Shown here one piece after another: positions 1-9,443 of a stretch of DNA of 46,020 bases (positions are counted from its first letter, which is position 1; the number at the start of each line of letters is the position of its first letter). A program made the translations under genes and the position numbers. The notes under the pieces are model-generated. The model saw only the letters and a program-made list of their open reading frames with translations. It had not been told where the DNA came from and did no database searches. The DNA is from an uncultured Hellea sp. (lineage in GTDB: Bacteria > Pseudomonadota > Alphaproteobacteria > Caulobacterales > Maricaulaceae). Where the stretch lies: the NCBI GenBank assembly GCA_964548315.1, contig CAZJRU010000001.1, positions 1-46,020 of the forward strand, given 5' to 3'.

Positions 1-2
1 TT

Positions 3-245
3 GACCGCGTTGAAAAAGAAGAAGCGCGCAAGGTTCGCGAAGCTGAAGCAAAAGAAGCCGCGAAAGAGGCAGCTAAAGCTGCAGAAGAAGCGGCTAAGGC
101 GGCCGAAGAGGAAGCTAAAAACGCGCCTGCGGAAGAGGCTCCGGCCGAAGCTGATGGTGAAGCTCCTGCTGAAACACCAGCAGAAGACGCTGCGCCGGCT
201 GCGGAAGAGGCCCCAGCCTCGGAAGAAACACCTTCTGAGGAATAG
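3..245 (+). CDS. 3' end (partial) of a protein with an Ala/Glu/Pro-rich acidic tail; best guess 30S ribosomal protein S16
   Basis: Frame 3 (not in the ORF track) reads DRVEKEEARKVREAEAKEAAKEAAKAAEEAAKAAEEEAKNAPAEEAPAEADGEAPAETPAEDAAPAAEEAPASEETPSEE-TAG and is followed by a terminator. Such tails are typical of alphaproteobacterial S16, but the diagnostic domain is outside the window. Confidence 0.6.
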   Translation, partial: DRVEKEEARKVREAEAKEAAKEAAKAAEEAAKAAEEEAKNAPAEEAPAEADGEAPAETPAEDAAPAAEEAPASEETPSEE

Positions 246-261
246 TCCTCAAAAAATGATG

Positions 262-291
262 AAAAGCCGGAGCCTTGTCTCCGGTTTTTTT
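262..291 (+). terminator. Intrinsic terminator, possibly bidirectional
   Basis: AAAA-GCCGGAG-ccttgt-CTCCGGT-TTTTTT between convergent genes. Confidence 0.85.
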
Positions 292-315
292 ATGTCGAAA
301 TTTTGGGTTTAGATA

Positions 316-531
316 TCACCCGCGCCCTGTTTCCAGCCCTAATAAATTGACCAAATGCACAAGCAACATAAAGCCGGTCGCAATCGCGCCAAGGCTTATG
401 ACAATCCAGGGGATCATCCGCGTTTTAAATTCGGCGTGCTTTTTAAAATGACGGATAAAGGCAAAGGCCCCTAATACCACACAAAACACAAGCCCTAAGC
501 TTGTGAGGAATAAATCATCGGAAGGCGTCAT
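316..531 (-). CDS. Small two-TM membrane protein (71 aa), unknown function
   Basis: ATG at 531 (MTPSDDLFLTSLGLVFCVVLGAFAFI...) overlaps the 3' end of the upstream GT2 gene; two hydrophobic stretches. The ORF track extends it to 582. Confidence 0.6.
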   Translation of the reverse strand: MTPSDDLFLTSLGLVFCVVLGAFAFIRHFKKHAEFKTRMIPWIVISLGAIATGFMLLVHLVNLLGLETGRG

Positions 532-1912
532 ATTGATAAGGAATGTCCAAAGCGGTTGATTTTCGGCTTGTCGATTTACCACTGTGATGCGTCTTATGCC
601 AGAAGAAAGGTTTGCGGCCTAACTCCCAAAGCGCGTGAATCGCTGGAAAGCATAACGCCAGCCAATATATCGGCATGGCCAATGCGGATAAAATAAGGCG
701 GGGCTTGCCCGCGCGAATAGCGCCAATTATGCCAATGAGGATGCCCGCGAGATAACTTATGATAAGACTACCCATGAAATAAATGGGTATGTAAACAAGG
801 CCCGTCGTTAATATTTGCCACGAGATAACACAGGCAATCATAATGATAATCGGCAGATGAAATAGAGCGTTTAAAAGCGTCAATCCAATCGTGAGCTGTA
901 AAGTAAAAAACCTTTTCAGCCCCCGCTTATCTATTGATGTCATCGGGCTTTTCATGTGAACGATGAAGGTTTGCATAAAACCTTTCATCCAGCGCGAGCG
1001 CTGAAAAAACCAAGAGCGCCATGAGTTCACAGCTTCCTCCGATGTGGCCGGGGTAATTGACGCAAACTCCCAGCCAAAGGCCGCGAACCGGAAACTGATA
1101 TCGGCGTCCTCGGTCACATTATAACTATCCCATCCCCCGACGATGTCTAAAGCTTTTCGCCGTAAGTGATTGCTTGTTCCGCCCAAAGGAAAAGGCAGAT
1201 TTAGCTTTGCCAAAAACGGATTCCAGACATGAAACAAGGCAGCATATTCGAGGGAAAACTGACGGGTGAGCCAGTTTTCATTTGAGTTCCTGTAATCCAG
1301 CGGCGCTTGAATAGCGCCAAGATTGGGATTGTTCTGAAAAGCGGCGGCGGCCATTTTTAACTGAGCGGGGTGTGGAATATCCTCTGCGTCATAAATCGTC
1401 ACGAGCTCTCCCTTTGCGCTTATCATGGCGTAATTTAAAGCCCGTGGTTTTGTTTGCGGTTGGCCCTTGGGGACAATGATGAGCTTAAACGGCGGTTTGA
1501 TATGTTGCTTGACCATCGCAATCGTGAAGGGGTCAATTTCTTCGCAAATCATAAGGATTTCTAACCGCTCTGCAGGATAATCAAGGCTGGACAAACCCGT
1601 CATCAAAGTTTCGACCATATGGGCTTCGCGGTACAGCGGGACCAAAACGGTATAGAACGGCCAATCTATTATATCTGTATCAAGAGATGTTTGAGGTTTT
1701 TTGAAAAGACAGGCCGTTAACCGCAGGGCTGCCTGAAATGTACAAATGATACAGATCATAATTGTTGTTAAAATGAGGGCTTTATAACTCCTAAAGAAGA
1801 TGGCTAAGCCGATAAGACCGAAGAAGGTCCAGGCGAAAAATATCATCAAATTTTTTGAGAGCGGTTCGTTCGCTGTCCCAATTCGCCGAATTTTTTCTAG
1901 GTCGACTATCAT
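515..1912 (-). CDS. Membrane-embedded processive glycosyltransferase family 2 (cellulose-synthase-like)
   Basis: Motifs VLVPLYRE, TKPRALN, YDAED, GGWDSYNVTED, QRSRW (QxxRW); N- and C-terminal TM helices. Confidence 0.9.
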   Translation of the reverse strand: MIVDLEKIRRIGTANEPLSKNLMIFFAWTFFGLIGLAIFFRSYKALILTTIMICIICTFQAALRLTACLFKKPQTSLDTDIIDWPFYTVLVPLYREAHMVETLMTGLSSLDYPAERLEILMICEEIDPFTIAMVKQHIKPPFKLIIVPKGQPQTKPRALNYAMISAKGELVTIYDAEDIPHPAQLKMAAAAFQNNPNLGAIQAPLDYRNSNENWLTRQFSLEYAALFHVWNPFLAKLNLPFPLGGTSNHLRRKALDIVGGWDSYNVTEDADISFRFAAFGWEFASITPATSEEAVNSWRSWFFQRSRWMKGFMQTFIVHMKSPMTSIDKRGLKRFFTLQLTIGLTLLNALFHLPIIIMIACVISWQILTTGLVYIPIYFMGSLIISYLAGILIGIIGAIRAGKPRLILSALAMPIYWLALCFPAIHALWELGRKPFFWHKTHHSGKSTSRKSTALDIPYQYDAFR

Positions 1913-1928
1913 GAATTAGGCCCTTAAT

Positions 1929-2957
1929 TTAAAGGCGGTTGGCGGCCCACAAAGCCGCCTCTTTTATAACTGGATTTTTTGAGGTGATATGCGGTTTTAA
2001 ACTGCCTTTAAGTGCGGGGTCAGCGCTATTTCCAATGGCGTAAATAACGTTTCGAATAAATTGATCACGGCCAATGCGCTTAATGGGGGAGCCCGAAAAG
2101 CGCGATCGAAACTCAGCATCTGTGAGCCCGGCCAACTGCGCTAAATCGGGCGCGTTTAAGTCTGGCTTTGCCGCTAGTTTTAATTCCGTGCTTTGACGCG
2201 CATATTTATTCCACGGACAAACCGCCAAACAATCATCGCAGCCGTAAATCCGGTTTCCCATTTTTTCACGCAAGTCTAAATCGACAGAGCCCTTATGCTC
2301 GATGGTTAAATATGAAATGCATTTTCGGGCATCGAGTTTATAGGGCGCAGGGAAGGCTTGGGTGGGACAGATATCGAGGCAGGCTTGGCAGCTACCGCAG
2401 TGATCTCTCTCTGGCGGGGTTGAGTCTAAATACGCCGCCGATAAAATAACGCCTAGAAAGAGCCAAGACCCAAAATCGCGACTGACCAGATTTGTATGTT
2501 TACCCTGCCAGCCTAAGCCCCCGGCCTCAGCCAAAGGTTTTTCCATGAGCGGCGCCGTATCAACAAAGACTTTAACATCTTCGCCCGTATCGCGCGCGAC
2601 AAGACCCGCAAGCTCCTTAAGCCGTCCCTTGATAAGGCCGTGATAATCTTTGTTGCGCGCATAAACGGAAATCGTAGCTTTCGAGCCTTGCTCTAATGTG
2701 ACCAAGGGGTCGGTATCAGGCCCATAATTCATACCCACAATAATCGCTGAATTGGCCTCTGGCCAAAGTTGGCGAGGGTGCCCGCGGCGCTCTTTGGTCT
2801 CTTCAAGCCAAGCCATAGTGCCATGATAGTTCTGCGCAATAAATGCGTCCAAGCCATCTTTAGCTTTGGATCCAAATTTTTCTAAATCCACAATATGGGG
2901 GGAAGTGAATCCAAGGTTTTTACAACGGTCTAAACAACCTTTGGATAAAGCGGGCAT
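1929..2957 (-). CDS. queG: tRNA epoxyqueuosine(34) reductase QueG
   Basis: ISVYARNKDYH, FVDTAPLMEK, GWQGKHTNL, two 4Fe-4S motifs CGSCQACLDICPT and CISYLTIE...GCDDCLAVCPWN. Confidence 0.95.
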   Translation of the reverse strand: MPALSKGCLDRCKNLGFTSPHIVDLEKFGSKAKDGLDAFIAQNYHGTMAWLEETKERRGHPRQLWPEANSAIIVGMNYGPDTDPLVTLEQGSKATISVYARNKDYHGLIKGRLKELAGLVARDTGEDVKVFVDTAPLMEKPLAEAGGLGWQGKHTNLVSRDFGSWLFLGVILSAAYLDSTPPERDHCGSCQACLDICPTQAFPAPYKLDARKCISYLTIEHKGSVDLDLREKMGNRIYGCDDCLAVCPWNKYARQSTELKLAAKPDLNAPDLAQLAGLTDAEFRSRFSGSPIKRIGRDQFIRNVIYAIGNSADPALKGSLKPHITSKNPVIKEAALWAANRL

Positions 2958-2975
2958 TATAGTCAGCCCAAATCT

Positions 2976-3003
2976 AATTTATTAATACAACCCATACCGT
3001 CAA
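2976..3003 (-). promoter_or_regulatory. Putative sigma70 promoter for queG
   Basis: Minus strand TTGACG-N16-TAAATT upstream of the ATG. Confidence 0.45.
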
Positions 3004-3042
3004 GTTAACGATATTTAGGTAATAAAAACTTAACTATAATTA

Positions 3043-4017
3043 TTAGGACCTGTGAAAGTGCTTGTTTCCATGAACATCCCCGCATTCAGACGGATGCGGA
3101 TAGATAAGAATATCAGCGGCTTGAAACGCCGCCATAAGGCGTTTCTCTGCTGCTAAAATAATATCGTGCGACTGTTTCAAGGTGACATTATCTTTGAGGT
3201 CGAGACGCATTTGAATATGAATATGAGGCCCTGATGCCCGCGTTCTCAAATCATGGACAGCTTTGACATTATGATCTTCCATCGCGAGCCTCTGGATTAG
3301 GGCTCTTTCTTCGGGATTAAGCTCCATATCCATCAATTGCGCCCAGGCTAAACGGGCGACTTTAAATGCTGTATGCAAAAGCCAGAAAGCCATAAGCGCG
3401 CCGACGAGGGCATCTGCCCATTTAAAAGCGGTATAAGCCGATATTGCTATGCCCAAAATTACAAATATATTTGCCAATAAATCCGCAAAATAATGCGCCC
3501 TATCACCTCTCACAGCGAGAGACCCCGTTGTTCTAATGGCCCAGCTTTGAGCGATTATCAGCCAAATCGTAATCGCAATAAAAATAAGCAACATTGCAAT
3601 CGCAAAACCGCTTTGATCAATATGGGCATGTTCGGAAATGCGCTCAAAAACCTCTTCTAAAAGGTGGATAGCGCCTAAAACAATGAGACAAACTTGAAAG
3701 ACAGCAGAAAAGCTCTCCGCCTTCCCCCTGCCAAAACGGTAAGAATTATCTGGCGGCTTGGCCGCATATCTAACGGCAATAAAACTTGAGAGAGCGCCAA
3801 TAAGGTCAAGAGAAGAATGTATCAAGGAAGATAAGATACCAACGGAGTGGCTTTCTTTCCACACGATGAACTTTCCTACCGTCAATATAATAGCGACCAA
3901 AACCGCAAATAACGTAATTCGCGCCGTAATTTTCGAGGAGCCTTCCAGCGGCAGCCTGCCGGGACGGCCGCGTCTATCGGGCATATCCGTTTGCGTTATT
4001 TTGGGTGTATCAGCCAT
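3043..4017 (-). CDS. Cation diffusion facilitator (FieF/YiiP-like) transporter
   Basis: HSSLD in TM2, PPD..YRFGRGKAE, DRAHYFAD in TM5, C-terminal VHDLRTRASG cytoplasmic domain. Confidence 0.9.
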   Translation of the reverse strand: MADTPKITQTDMPDRRGRPGRLPLEGSSKITARITLFAVLVAIILTVGKFIVWKESHSVGILSSLIHSSLDLIGALSSFIAVRYAAKPPDNSYRFGRGKAESFSAVFQVCLIVLGAIHLLEEVFERISEHAHIDQSGFAIAMLLIFIAITIWLIIAQSWAIRTTGSLAVRGDRAHYFADLLANIFVILGIAISAYTAFKWADALVGALMAFWLLHTAFKVARLAWAQLMDMELNPEERALIQRLAMEDHNVKAVHDLRTRASGPHIHIQMRLDLKDNVTLKQSHDIILAAEKRLMAAFQAADILIYPHPSECGDVHGNKHFHRS

Positions 4018-4095
4018 CTTCGGCTTGTGCTGTTATAGCATTACATAGACAGAGGCGAGTCATTTTATGTGAGAATAAATGACTGTTTCGAAAAA

Positions 4096-4653
4096 TTATT
4101 CCGCGGCGTCTACGGCTTCAGCTGTTTCGGGCTCGGCGCTGCGCTTGGGGGCTTTTCTGCGGCGCTTAGGCTCGAGCTTGTCGGTGTCTACAGCCGTCGT
4201 TTCGGCCTGTTCCTCAGCTGTATCAGACGCAGCTTCTACAGATGCTGTCTTGTCTTGAGTTGAATTATCACTCGCCTCATTCATTTTAGATTTATCGCGA
4301 TTATTGCGGCGCGATTGATGTTTGCGAGGTTTCTTATCTTCCGTGTTGTCCGAGGTCTCATTTGACTCACCGCGCGCCGCTCGGGCCGCGTCACGTTCTT
4401 CTTGCGCCGCCTGTTTAGCGGCCTCTTGAACATTTAAAACCCGAAGATAATGTTCTGCGTGCTGGCGTAGGTTTTCGGCTTTAACCCGATTGCCTGATGA
4501 TTGTGCATCGCGGGCAAGCGTTGTATATTTTTCATATATGGTCGACGCTGTACCGCGAACCTTAACTTCGGGACCATTACTATCCATAGACCGGTTATGG
4601 TTATTCTGATTATTATTACGGTTGTTGCGGTTTCGGCCGCGTTGGCGTTTCAT
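4096..4653 (-). CDS. DUF4167-type protein
   Basis: RQRGRN...DSNGPEVKVRGTASTIYEKYTTLARDAQSSGNRVKAENLRQHAEHYLR; usual position downstream of prmC in alphaproteobacteria. Confidence 0.85.
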   Translation of the reverse strand: MKRQRGRNRNNRNNNQNNHNRSMDSNGPEVKVRGTASTIYEKYTTLARDAQSSGNRVKAENLRQHAEHYLRVLNVQEAAKQAAQEERDAARAARGESNETSDNTEDKKPRKHQSRRNNRDKSKMNEASDNSTQDKTASVEAASDTAEEQAETTAVDTDKLEPKRRRKAPKRSAEPETAEAVDAAE

Positions 4654-4816
4654 GATAATAACGTCCTTAAAATTCCCGGTAATCGCATTTGCGCTATTTG
4701 ATTTATATGGGCTTTGTGGGTTTCAGCTTAATCTGAATACATCTCACTCTTTTTGTTTAGCAAAGCGCTCTGGAAAGGCAATGTTTTTTTTAATCAAATA
4801 AGCGTTATTTGACTCT

Positions 4817-5674
4817 TCAGCTATAGTCTGCCCGAATTAGGCGCGGGTGGCCTGCCAAATCATTATCAACATATATATTATGAAACCCCGCCTGGCTTAA
4901 CAATTCGCTCACCGCTATGGCTTGATCAAACCCGATTTCAAATAATATTTTTCCCGTTTTTGTTAAGTAGGATTTGGCATCTTTTACAATAGCCCGATAA
5001 GCCTCAAGCCCGTCCGCGCCGCCGCTGAGCGCAAGATGAGGGTCATAATTTTTAACCTCGAGGCTAAGGTCTTCCAATGCCCCCAAGTCTATATATGGAG
5101 GATTTGAAACAATGAGATCATATTGCTGATCAAGCCCTTCAAACCATCGCCCTAAAGTAAACTCAAGGCGGTCATCTACGTCATGAAATTTCGCATTTTG
5201 CGCCGCAATATCAAGTGCGGCTTTTGAGATATCAACGGCAGTGCCCGTCACCTTGTCCGCCTCGGCTAAAATGGAAATAATAATCGCGCCTGAGCCCGTT
5301 CCTAAATCTAATATACGCGCATCAGGTTTAAACCGGATATATTTCAAGGCTTCATCAACAAGCATCTCCGTTTCTGGGCGCGGAGATAAGACATCCTGCG
5401 TGACCTTAAACTTACGCCCATAAAACCCCTTAAATCCCAAAATGTGATCAATGGGTTCACCAGACAGTCTTCTGACCGATAGCGCAGTAATCTGATGAAT
5501 AATGTCTTCTGGCAAAATTTGATAAGCCTGCGCAATTAAGTCAGCTCGGCTCATCCCTGTCGCCATCATAATTAATAGGCTCGCATCAAGAGCTGGGCTC
5601 TCTAGCCCAGCCTTGGAAAAGTCTTCCTTCAATGAGCGTTTAACGTCTTGAACCGTCATGTTAGGCGCAAGCAT
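4817..5674 (-). CDS. prmC: Release factor glutamine N5-methyltransferase
   Basis: RRLSGEP, VLSPRPETE, LDLGTGSG, SNPPY, EIGFDQ. Confidence 0.95.
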   Translation of the reverse strand: MLAPNMTVQDVKRSLKEDFSKAGLESPALDASLLIMMATGMSRADLIAQAYQILPEDIIHQITALSVRRLSGEPIDHILGFKGFYGRKFKVTQDVLSPRPETEMLVDEALKYIRFKPDARILDLGTGSGAIIISILAEADKVTGTAVDISKAALDIAAQNAKFHDVDDRLEFTLGRWFEGLDQQYDLIVSNPPYIDLGALEDLSLEVKNYDPHLALSGGADGLEAYRAIVKDAKSYLTKTGKILFEIGFDQAIAVSELLSQAGFHNIYVDNDLAGHPRLIRADYS

Positions 5675-5680
5675 GAAACA

Positions 5681-6445
5681 CTAGCTTTCGATTTGGCGGC
5701 ATAAATCTTCTGCCGCCGAGATCAACCTGATTAAGTCCCTTGGCGAAGAGAGGCTATGGTCCCCGCTCTTAACGAGAGTGTAATCCACATCATCTGATGT
5801 TATCACCTCCACGATTTGCTTTGAATACTCCCAAGGTACAACCGGGTCCTTGGCCCCTTGAAGTATCTTCACAGGGCCAGAAAATTTTATCGGCCTATCT
5901 AGGATTTGATTTGCGCGGCCGTCCTCCATCAATATTTGGCTATATTCATAAGGTTCATCATAACCCGACTCTTCGTAGACAATCCCGTCATCTATCAATG
6001 TTTGGCGCTGGTCTTCGGTCCAATTTTCCCATGTCAGTTTTTGAGTAAAGTCAGGCGCTGGCGCAATTAACAGCAGAGCTTTAACACGGGCAGAGCGCTG
6101 CATGGCCGCCATTAGCGCGGCCCACCCGCCCATAGATGACCCAATCAGAATAACCGCGCCTTTTGATAGCTCGTCCATCACATAGCTCACATCATCGGCC
6201 CATTGGGACATCGTGCCATCTCTGAAACGGCCAGAACTTTTCCCATGTCCAAAATAGTCAAACCTAATGAAACTACGGTTTTCACGGCGGGCCCAGTCAT
6301 GAAGATGAACCGCCTTTCCGCCTTCCATATCCGATTTTAACCCACCGCACCAAATGAGAGTAGGCCCCCTGCCTAAATTTTGCTTATAAGCAATCCGTTC
6401 GCCAGATTTTCTTGATAAATAATTGAGGTCAATCTCATCAATCAT
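5681..6445 (-). CDS. Alpha/beta hydrolase (ABHD10-like)
   Basis: RFDYFGHGKS, nucleophile elbow GSSMGG, IAPAPDFT, DPVVP, GDHSLS. Confidence 0.9.
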   Translation of the reverse strand: MIDEIDLNYLSRKSGERIAYKQNLGRGPTLIWCGGLKSDMEGGKAVHLHDWARRENRSFIRFDYFGHGKSSGRFRDGTMSQWADDVSYVMDELSKGAVILIGSSMGGWAALMAAMQRSARVKALLLIAPAPDFTQKLTWENWTEDQRQTLIDDGIVYEESGYDEPYEYSQILMEDGRANQILDRPIKFSGPVKILQGAKDPVVPWEYSKQIVEVITSDDVDYTLVKSGDHSLSSPRDLIRLISAAEDLCRQIES

Positions 6446-6474
6446 GCTAAAGTGTCCTTAGGGAATCTATACAA

Positions 6475-7581
6475 ATGAATGTGCTCCAAATTGTTCCAGA
6501 ACTCAATGCCGGCGGTGTTGAAGCGACGACATTAGAAATAGTTCAAGCTTTAGTACAGGATGATTATACGGCGCATGTCATAAGCGCGGGCGGGCGTATG
6601 GAGGCAGAGCTTTTGGCCTTGGGCGGCATACTCCATAAATCAAATATCGGGTCTAAAAATATATTCACCATCTTTGCGCGCATAAGGCTTATAAGAGCTA
6701 TCATACAAAAATATGACATTGATATTGTTCATGCGCGTTCACGCGCCCCCGCATGGCCGGCTTTACTGGCCGCCAAATTAGAGAAGCGGCCCTTTCTAAC
6801 CACCTATCACGGTGTTTATAATGCCAAGAGCGGTATTAAGCGGTTCTATAATTCCGTTATGACCAAAGGCGCGCATATAATCGCCAATTCAGAATATACA
6901 AAAAACCATATCATCAAAACCCACGGAACGTCCTCTGATAAAATTACAGTTGTTCCCAGGGGCGTGGATATGGCGCGCTTTGACCCCAGCAAAATCTCTG
7001 CCCAAGATATTAAAAGTCTAAAAGGCAAATGGGGAATAGAGAGCGGGGATAAAGTCATCCTGCTGCCCGGACGCCTCACGCGGTGGAAGGGCCAATTAGT
7101 CGCCATAGAGGCCCTCGCCGCCTTACCCCAAAACTACAAACTGGTTCTTCTCGGCGACGCCCAAGGCCGCGAGGCCTATGTAGAAGAACTCAAAAGTCTT
7201 GCGAGTTCTTTAAATATATCTGAGCGGGTCATCATGCCCGGTCATATGATCAATGTTCCGCTTGCCCTGATGGCGGCTGATATCGTTATTTCCGCCTCGA
7301 CAGACCCAGAAGCTTTTGGACGTGTCTCAGCGGAAGCTCAAGCTATGGGGAAACCCGTCATTGCGACGGCGCATGGCGGCGCATTAGAAACTGTAAAAGA
7401 CGGAGAAACAGGTATTTTAGTCCCGCCGAGCGATGCCGCCGCGCTTGCGCAGGCGATAAAACGCGGGAGCGAAGACACGGAATTTAACTCTACATTTGCC
7501 CGAAAACGGATATCTTCCCTATTTTCCACGCATAATCTTCAACGAAAAACGCTTAGAGTTTACAAAGACCTCTTGAATTAA
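6475..7581 (+). CDS. Glycosyltransferase family 4
   Basis: [46 protein letters not shown]. Confidence 0.92.
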   Translation: MNVLQIVPELNAGGVEATTLEIVQALVQDDYTAHVISAGGRMEAELLALGGILHKSNIGSKNIFTIFARIRLIRAIIQKYDIDIVHARSRAPAWPALLAAKLEKRPFLTTYHGVYNAKSGIKRFYNSVMTKGAHIIANSEYTKNHIIKTHGTSSDKITVVPRGVDMARFDPSKISAQDIKSLKGKWGIESGDKVILLPGRLTRWKGQLVAIEALAALPQNYKLVLLGDAQGREAYVEELKSLASSLNISERVIMPGHMINVPLALMAADIVISASTDPEAFGRVSAEAQAMGKPVIATAHGGALETVKDGETGILVPPSDAAALAQAIKRGSEDTEFNSTFARKRISSLFSTHNLQRKTLRVYKDLLN

Positions 7582-7633
7582 CGCACCAGCTTCGCCATAT
7601 TCCCTGCGCTATAACAAATCAGGAGACATTAGC

Positions 7634-8173
7634 ATCGCTAGAAGACCACTTGCGGCTCAACCCGCTAAAAAGCCCAAAGGCCCACGTATTAACAGGGATA
7701 TTACCAATCCCAACGTTCTCTTGATTACTGAAACCGGTGAAAAAAAAGGCGTCGTCAGTCTCGACGAGGCACTCGCAGCCGCGCGTAGTGCGGGCTTAGA
7801 TTTGGTCGAAGTCGCACCTGGCGAAACGCCCGTTTGCAAAGTTCTTGATTACGGAAAACTGCGGTTTGAAAATCAAAAGAAGAAAGCCGCTAACCGTAAA
7901 AACCAACGCACCACGACGCTTAAAGAAATTAAAATGCGGCCCAATATTGATGTCCATGATTATCAAGTCAAAACCAAAGCTATGCAAAAGTTCTTTGACC
8001 GCGGGGACAAGGTTAAAGTGACGATCCGTTTTCGAGGCCGTGAAATGGCGCATATGGACCGCGGCATGGATCTGTTAGGACGAGTAAAAGAAGATTTTGA
8101 AGAAATTGCAAAAGTCGAATTTGAACCCAAAACCGAAGGCCGCATGATGACTATGGTTCTTGCCCCTAGGTAG
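7634..8173 (+). CDS. infC: Translation initiation factor IF-3 (probable ATC start, 179 aa)
   Basis: The frame is open upstream of the track's TTG (7721): ATC-GCT-AGA-AGA-CCA gives (M)[22 protein letters not shown]; SD AGGAG at 7621-7625; IF3 motifs [30 protein letters not shown]. Confidence 0.95.
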   Translation: MARRPLAAQPAKKPKGPRINRDITNPNVLLITETGEKKGVVSLDEALAAARSAGLDLVEVAPGETPVCKVLDYGKLRFENQKKKAANRKNQRTTTLKEIKMRPNIDVHDYQVKTKAMQKFFDRGDKVKVTIRFRGREMAHMDRGMDLLGRVKEDFEEIAKVEFEPKTEGRMMTMVLAPR

Positions 8174-8196
8174 TTCCAATTAGCTTATCTCCAAAC

Positions 8197-8228
8197 AATA
8201 AGGCCGCAACTCTTGCGGCTTATTTTTT
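8197..8228 (+). terminator. Intrinsic terminator after infC
   Basis: AATAAG-GCCGCAA-ctc-TTGCGGC-TTATTTTTT. Confidence 0.8.
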
Positions 8229-9063
8229 GCCAAAATTTGGTGGCCGGCAAAAAATATTGCATTGGGTCATTGGGTTTATTCTAATTTGCTTTTTTAGCGC
8301 TTTAGGAATGGCGGCGCTTTTATTTGCCTCCAAGAGCCTTTTCCCGACAAATAATATCACCCTTTATTTGGACTTACTTTTAGTTTTTATCCCTATTTTT
8401 ATCCTCGTGCCTTTGATCTATAAATATTGGCATAAGCGGCCTGTAAAAGCTCTTCTGACCTCCGCCAGAACATTTCGGTGGAATTATATGCTGCGCGCCG
8501 GCTGTGTTCTTTTTATCTTTTTTGGGATAGCCTCATTTATTGAATCTATCATTATTCCCAGTGAATATGCGGGCATAAAAGTTCAACCAAGCTTCAAGGA
8601 TTATATCCCGTTTCTATTGATTACCCTTATCTTCGTTCCCTTCCAGGCCGCAAGTGAGGAGTTTTTATGCCGCGGGTATTTAAATCAATCGATCGCAAAA
8701 TATATTAAAGCGCCTTGGGTCGTCTTTATTCTAACATCGGCTGGATTTGCGGCGCTTCATATTGCCAACCCGGAAGCTGAAGGCCAAGTGTGGCCCTACC
8801 TGGCCAGTATTTTTACCTTTGGCATGGCCATGTGTGTCTTACTATATTTTGAAGGCGGGATTGAAAGCGCGATTGGCGCGCATATTGCCAATAATATTTT
8901 TGTCTTTGGCTTTTTGGGATATGAAGACCCTCAGCTTCCCAACACAGCATGGTTGACTGTGGGAGCCCCTAAAATTGGGTGGGGCGATTTTGGGCTAGAC
9001 CTTTTGATGATAATATTGGTCACGACGCTCATTATCTTTTTTAATCGCCGGTTTGGCCGTTAA
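8227..9063 (+). CDS. CPBP-family (Abi/CAAX-like) intramembrane metalloprotease
   Basis: EEFLCRG, FAALH, HIANN motifs; multiple TM helices. Start codon uncertain. Confidence 0.85.
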   Translation: MPKFGGRQKILHWVIGFILICFFSALGMAALLFASKSLFPTNNITLYLDLLLVFIPIFILVPLIYKYWHKRPVKALLTSARTFRWNYMLRAGCVLFIFFGIASFIESIIIPSEYAGIKVQPSFKDYIPFLLITLIFVPFQAASEEFLCRGYLNQSIAKYIKAPWVVFILTSAGFAALHIANPEAEGQVWPYLASIFTFGMAMCVLLYFEGGIESAIGAHIANNIFVFGFLGYEDPQLPNTAWLTVGAPKIGWGDFGLDLLMIILVTTLIIFFNRRFGR

Positions 9064-9431
9064 GCGAGTGCGGCTTTCCGTTTTAATAAAAACAGTCCCA
9101 GTCCCGCCCAAAATATTTCAAATAGAATTTCATATATGGTTTGCATTGGCCCCATGCCGTCAACAACAAGGCCTAAAAACCGCCCCGCCATAAACGCAAG
9201 CGTTACTAAAATTATAGCTAATGTTAGCGGTTTTTGATCAGATAGCTTCTGTGCGTAAAGACAGCACATTAATCCCATAACCGCCATAACAACAGATATC
9301 GCCCGAACTTGATGCAGACCCAAAAGACTGAGCTCCCACCCCATTATTTTTGCCATATTCAAAGGCAAAAGAGCTCCAAATAATCCGTAAAGAATATAAA
9401 AAAGACCATTTAGACCATTATAGATTTTCAT
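9060..9431 (-). CDS. Small four-TM membrane protein (DUF4345-like)
   Basis: Hydrophobic 123 aa with the GRFLGLVVDG motif. Confidence 0.65.
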   Translation of the reverse strand: MKIYNGLNGLFYILYGLFGALLPLNMAKIMGWELSLLGLHQVRAISVVMAVMGLMCCLYAQKLSDQKPLTLAIILVTLAFMAGRFLGLVVDGMGPMQTIYEILFEIFWAGLGLFLLKRKAALA

Positions 9432-9443
9432 AATTTATCCCGC

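Noticed and set aside
1-312. Lys/Arg-rich 103-aa ORF in frame 1
   Set aside because: Frame-shifted shadow of the Ala/Glu-rich coding frame 3; it runs through the terminator.
3019-3034. Single CtrA-like GTAA-N7-TTAAC
   Set aside because: Isolated, mismatched, in AT-rich DNA; likely chance.
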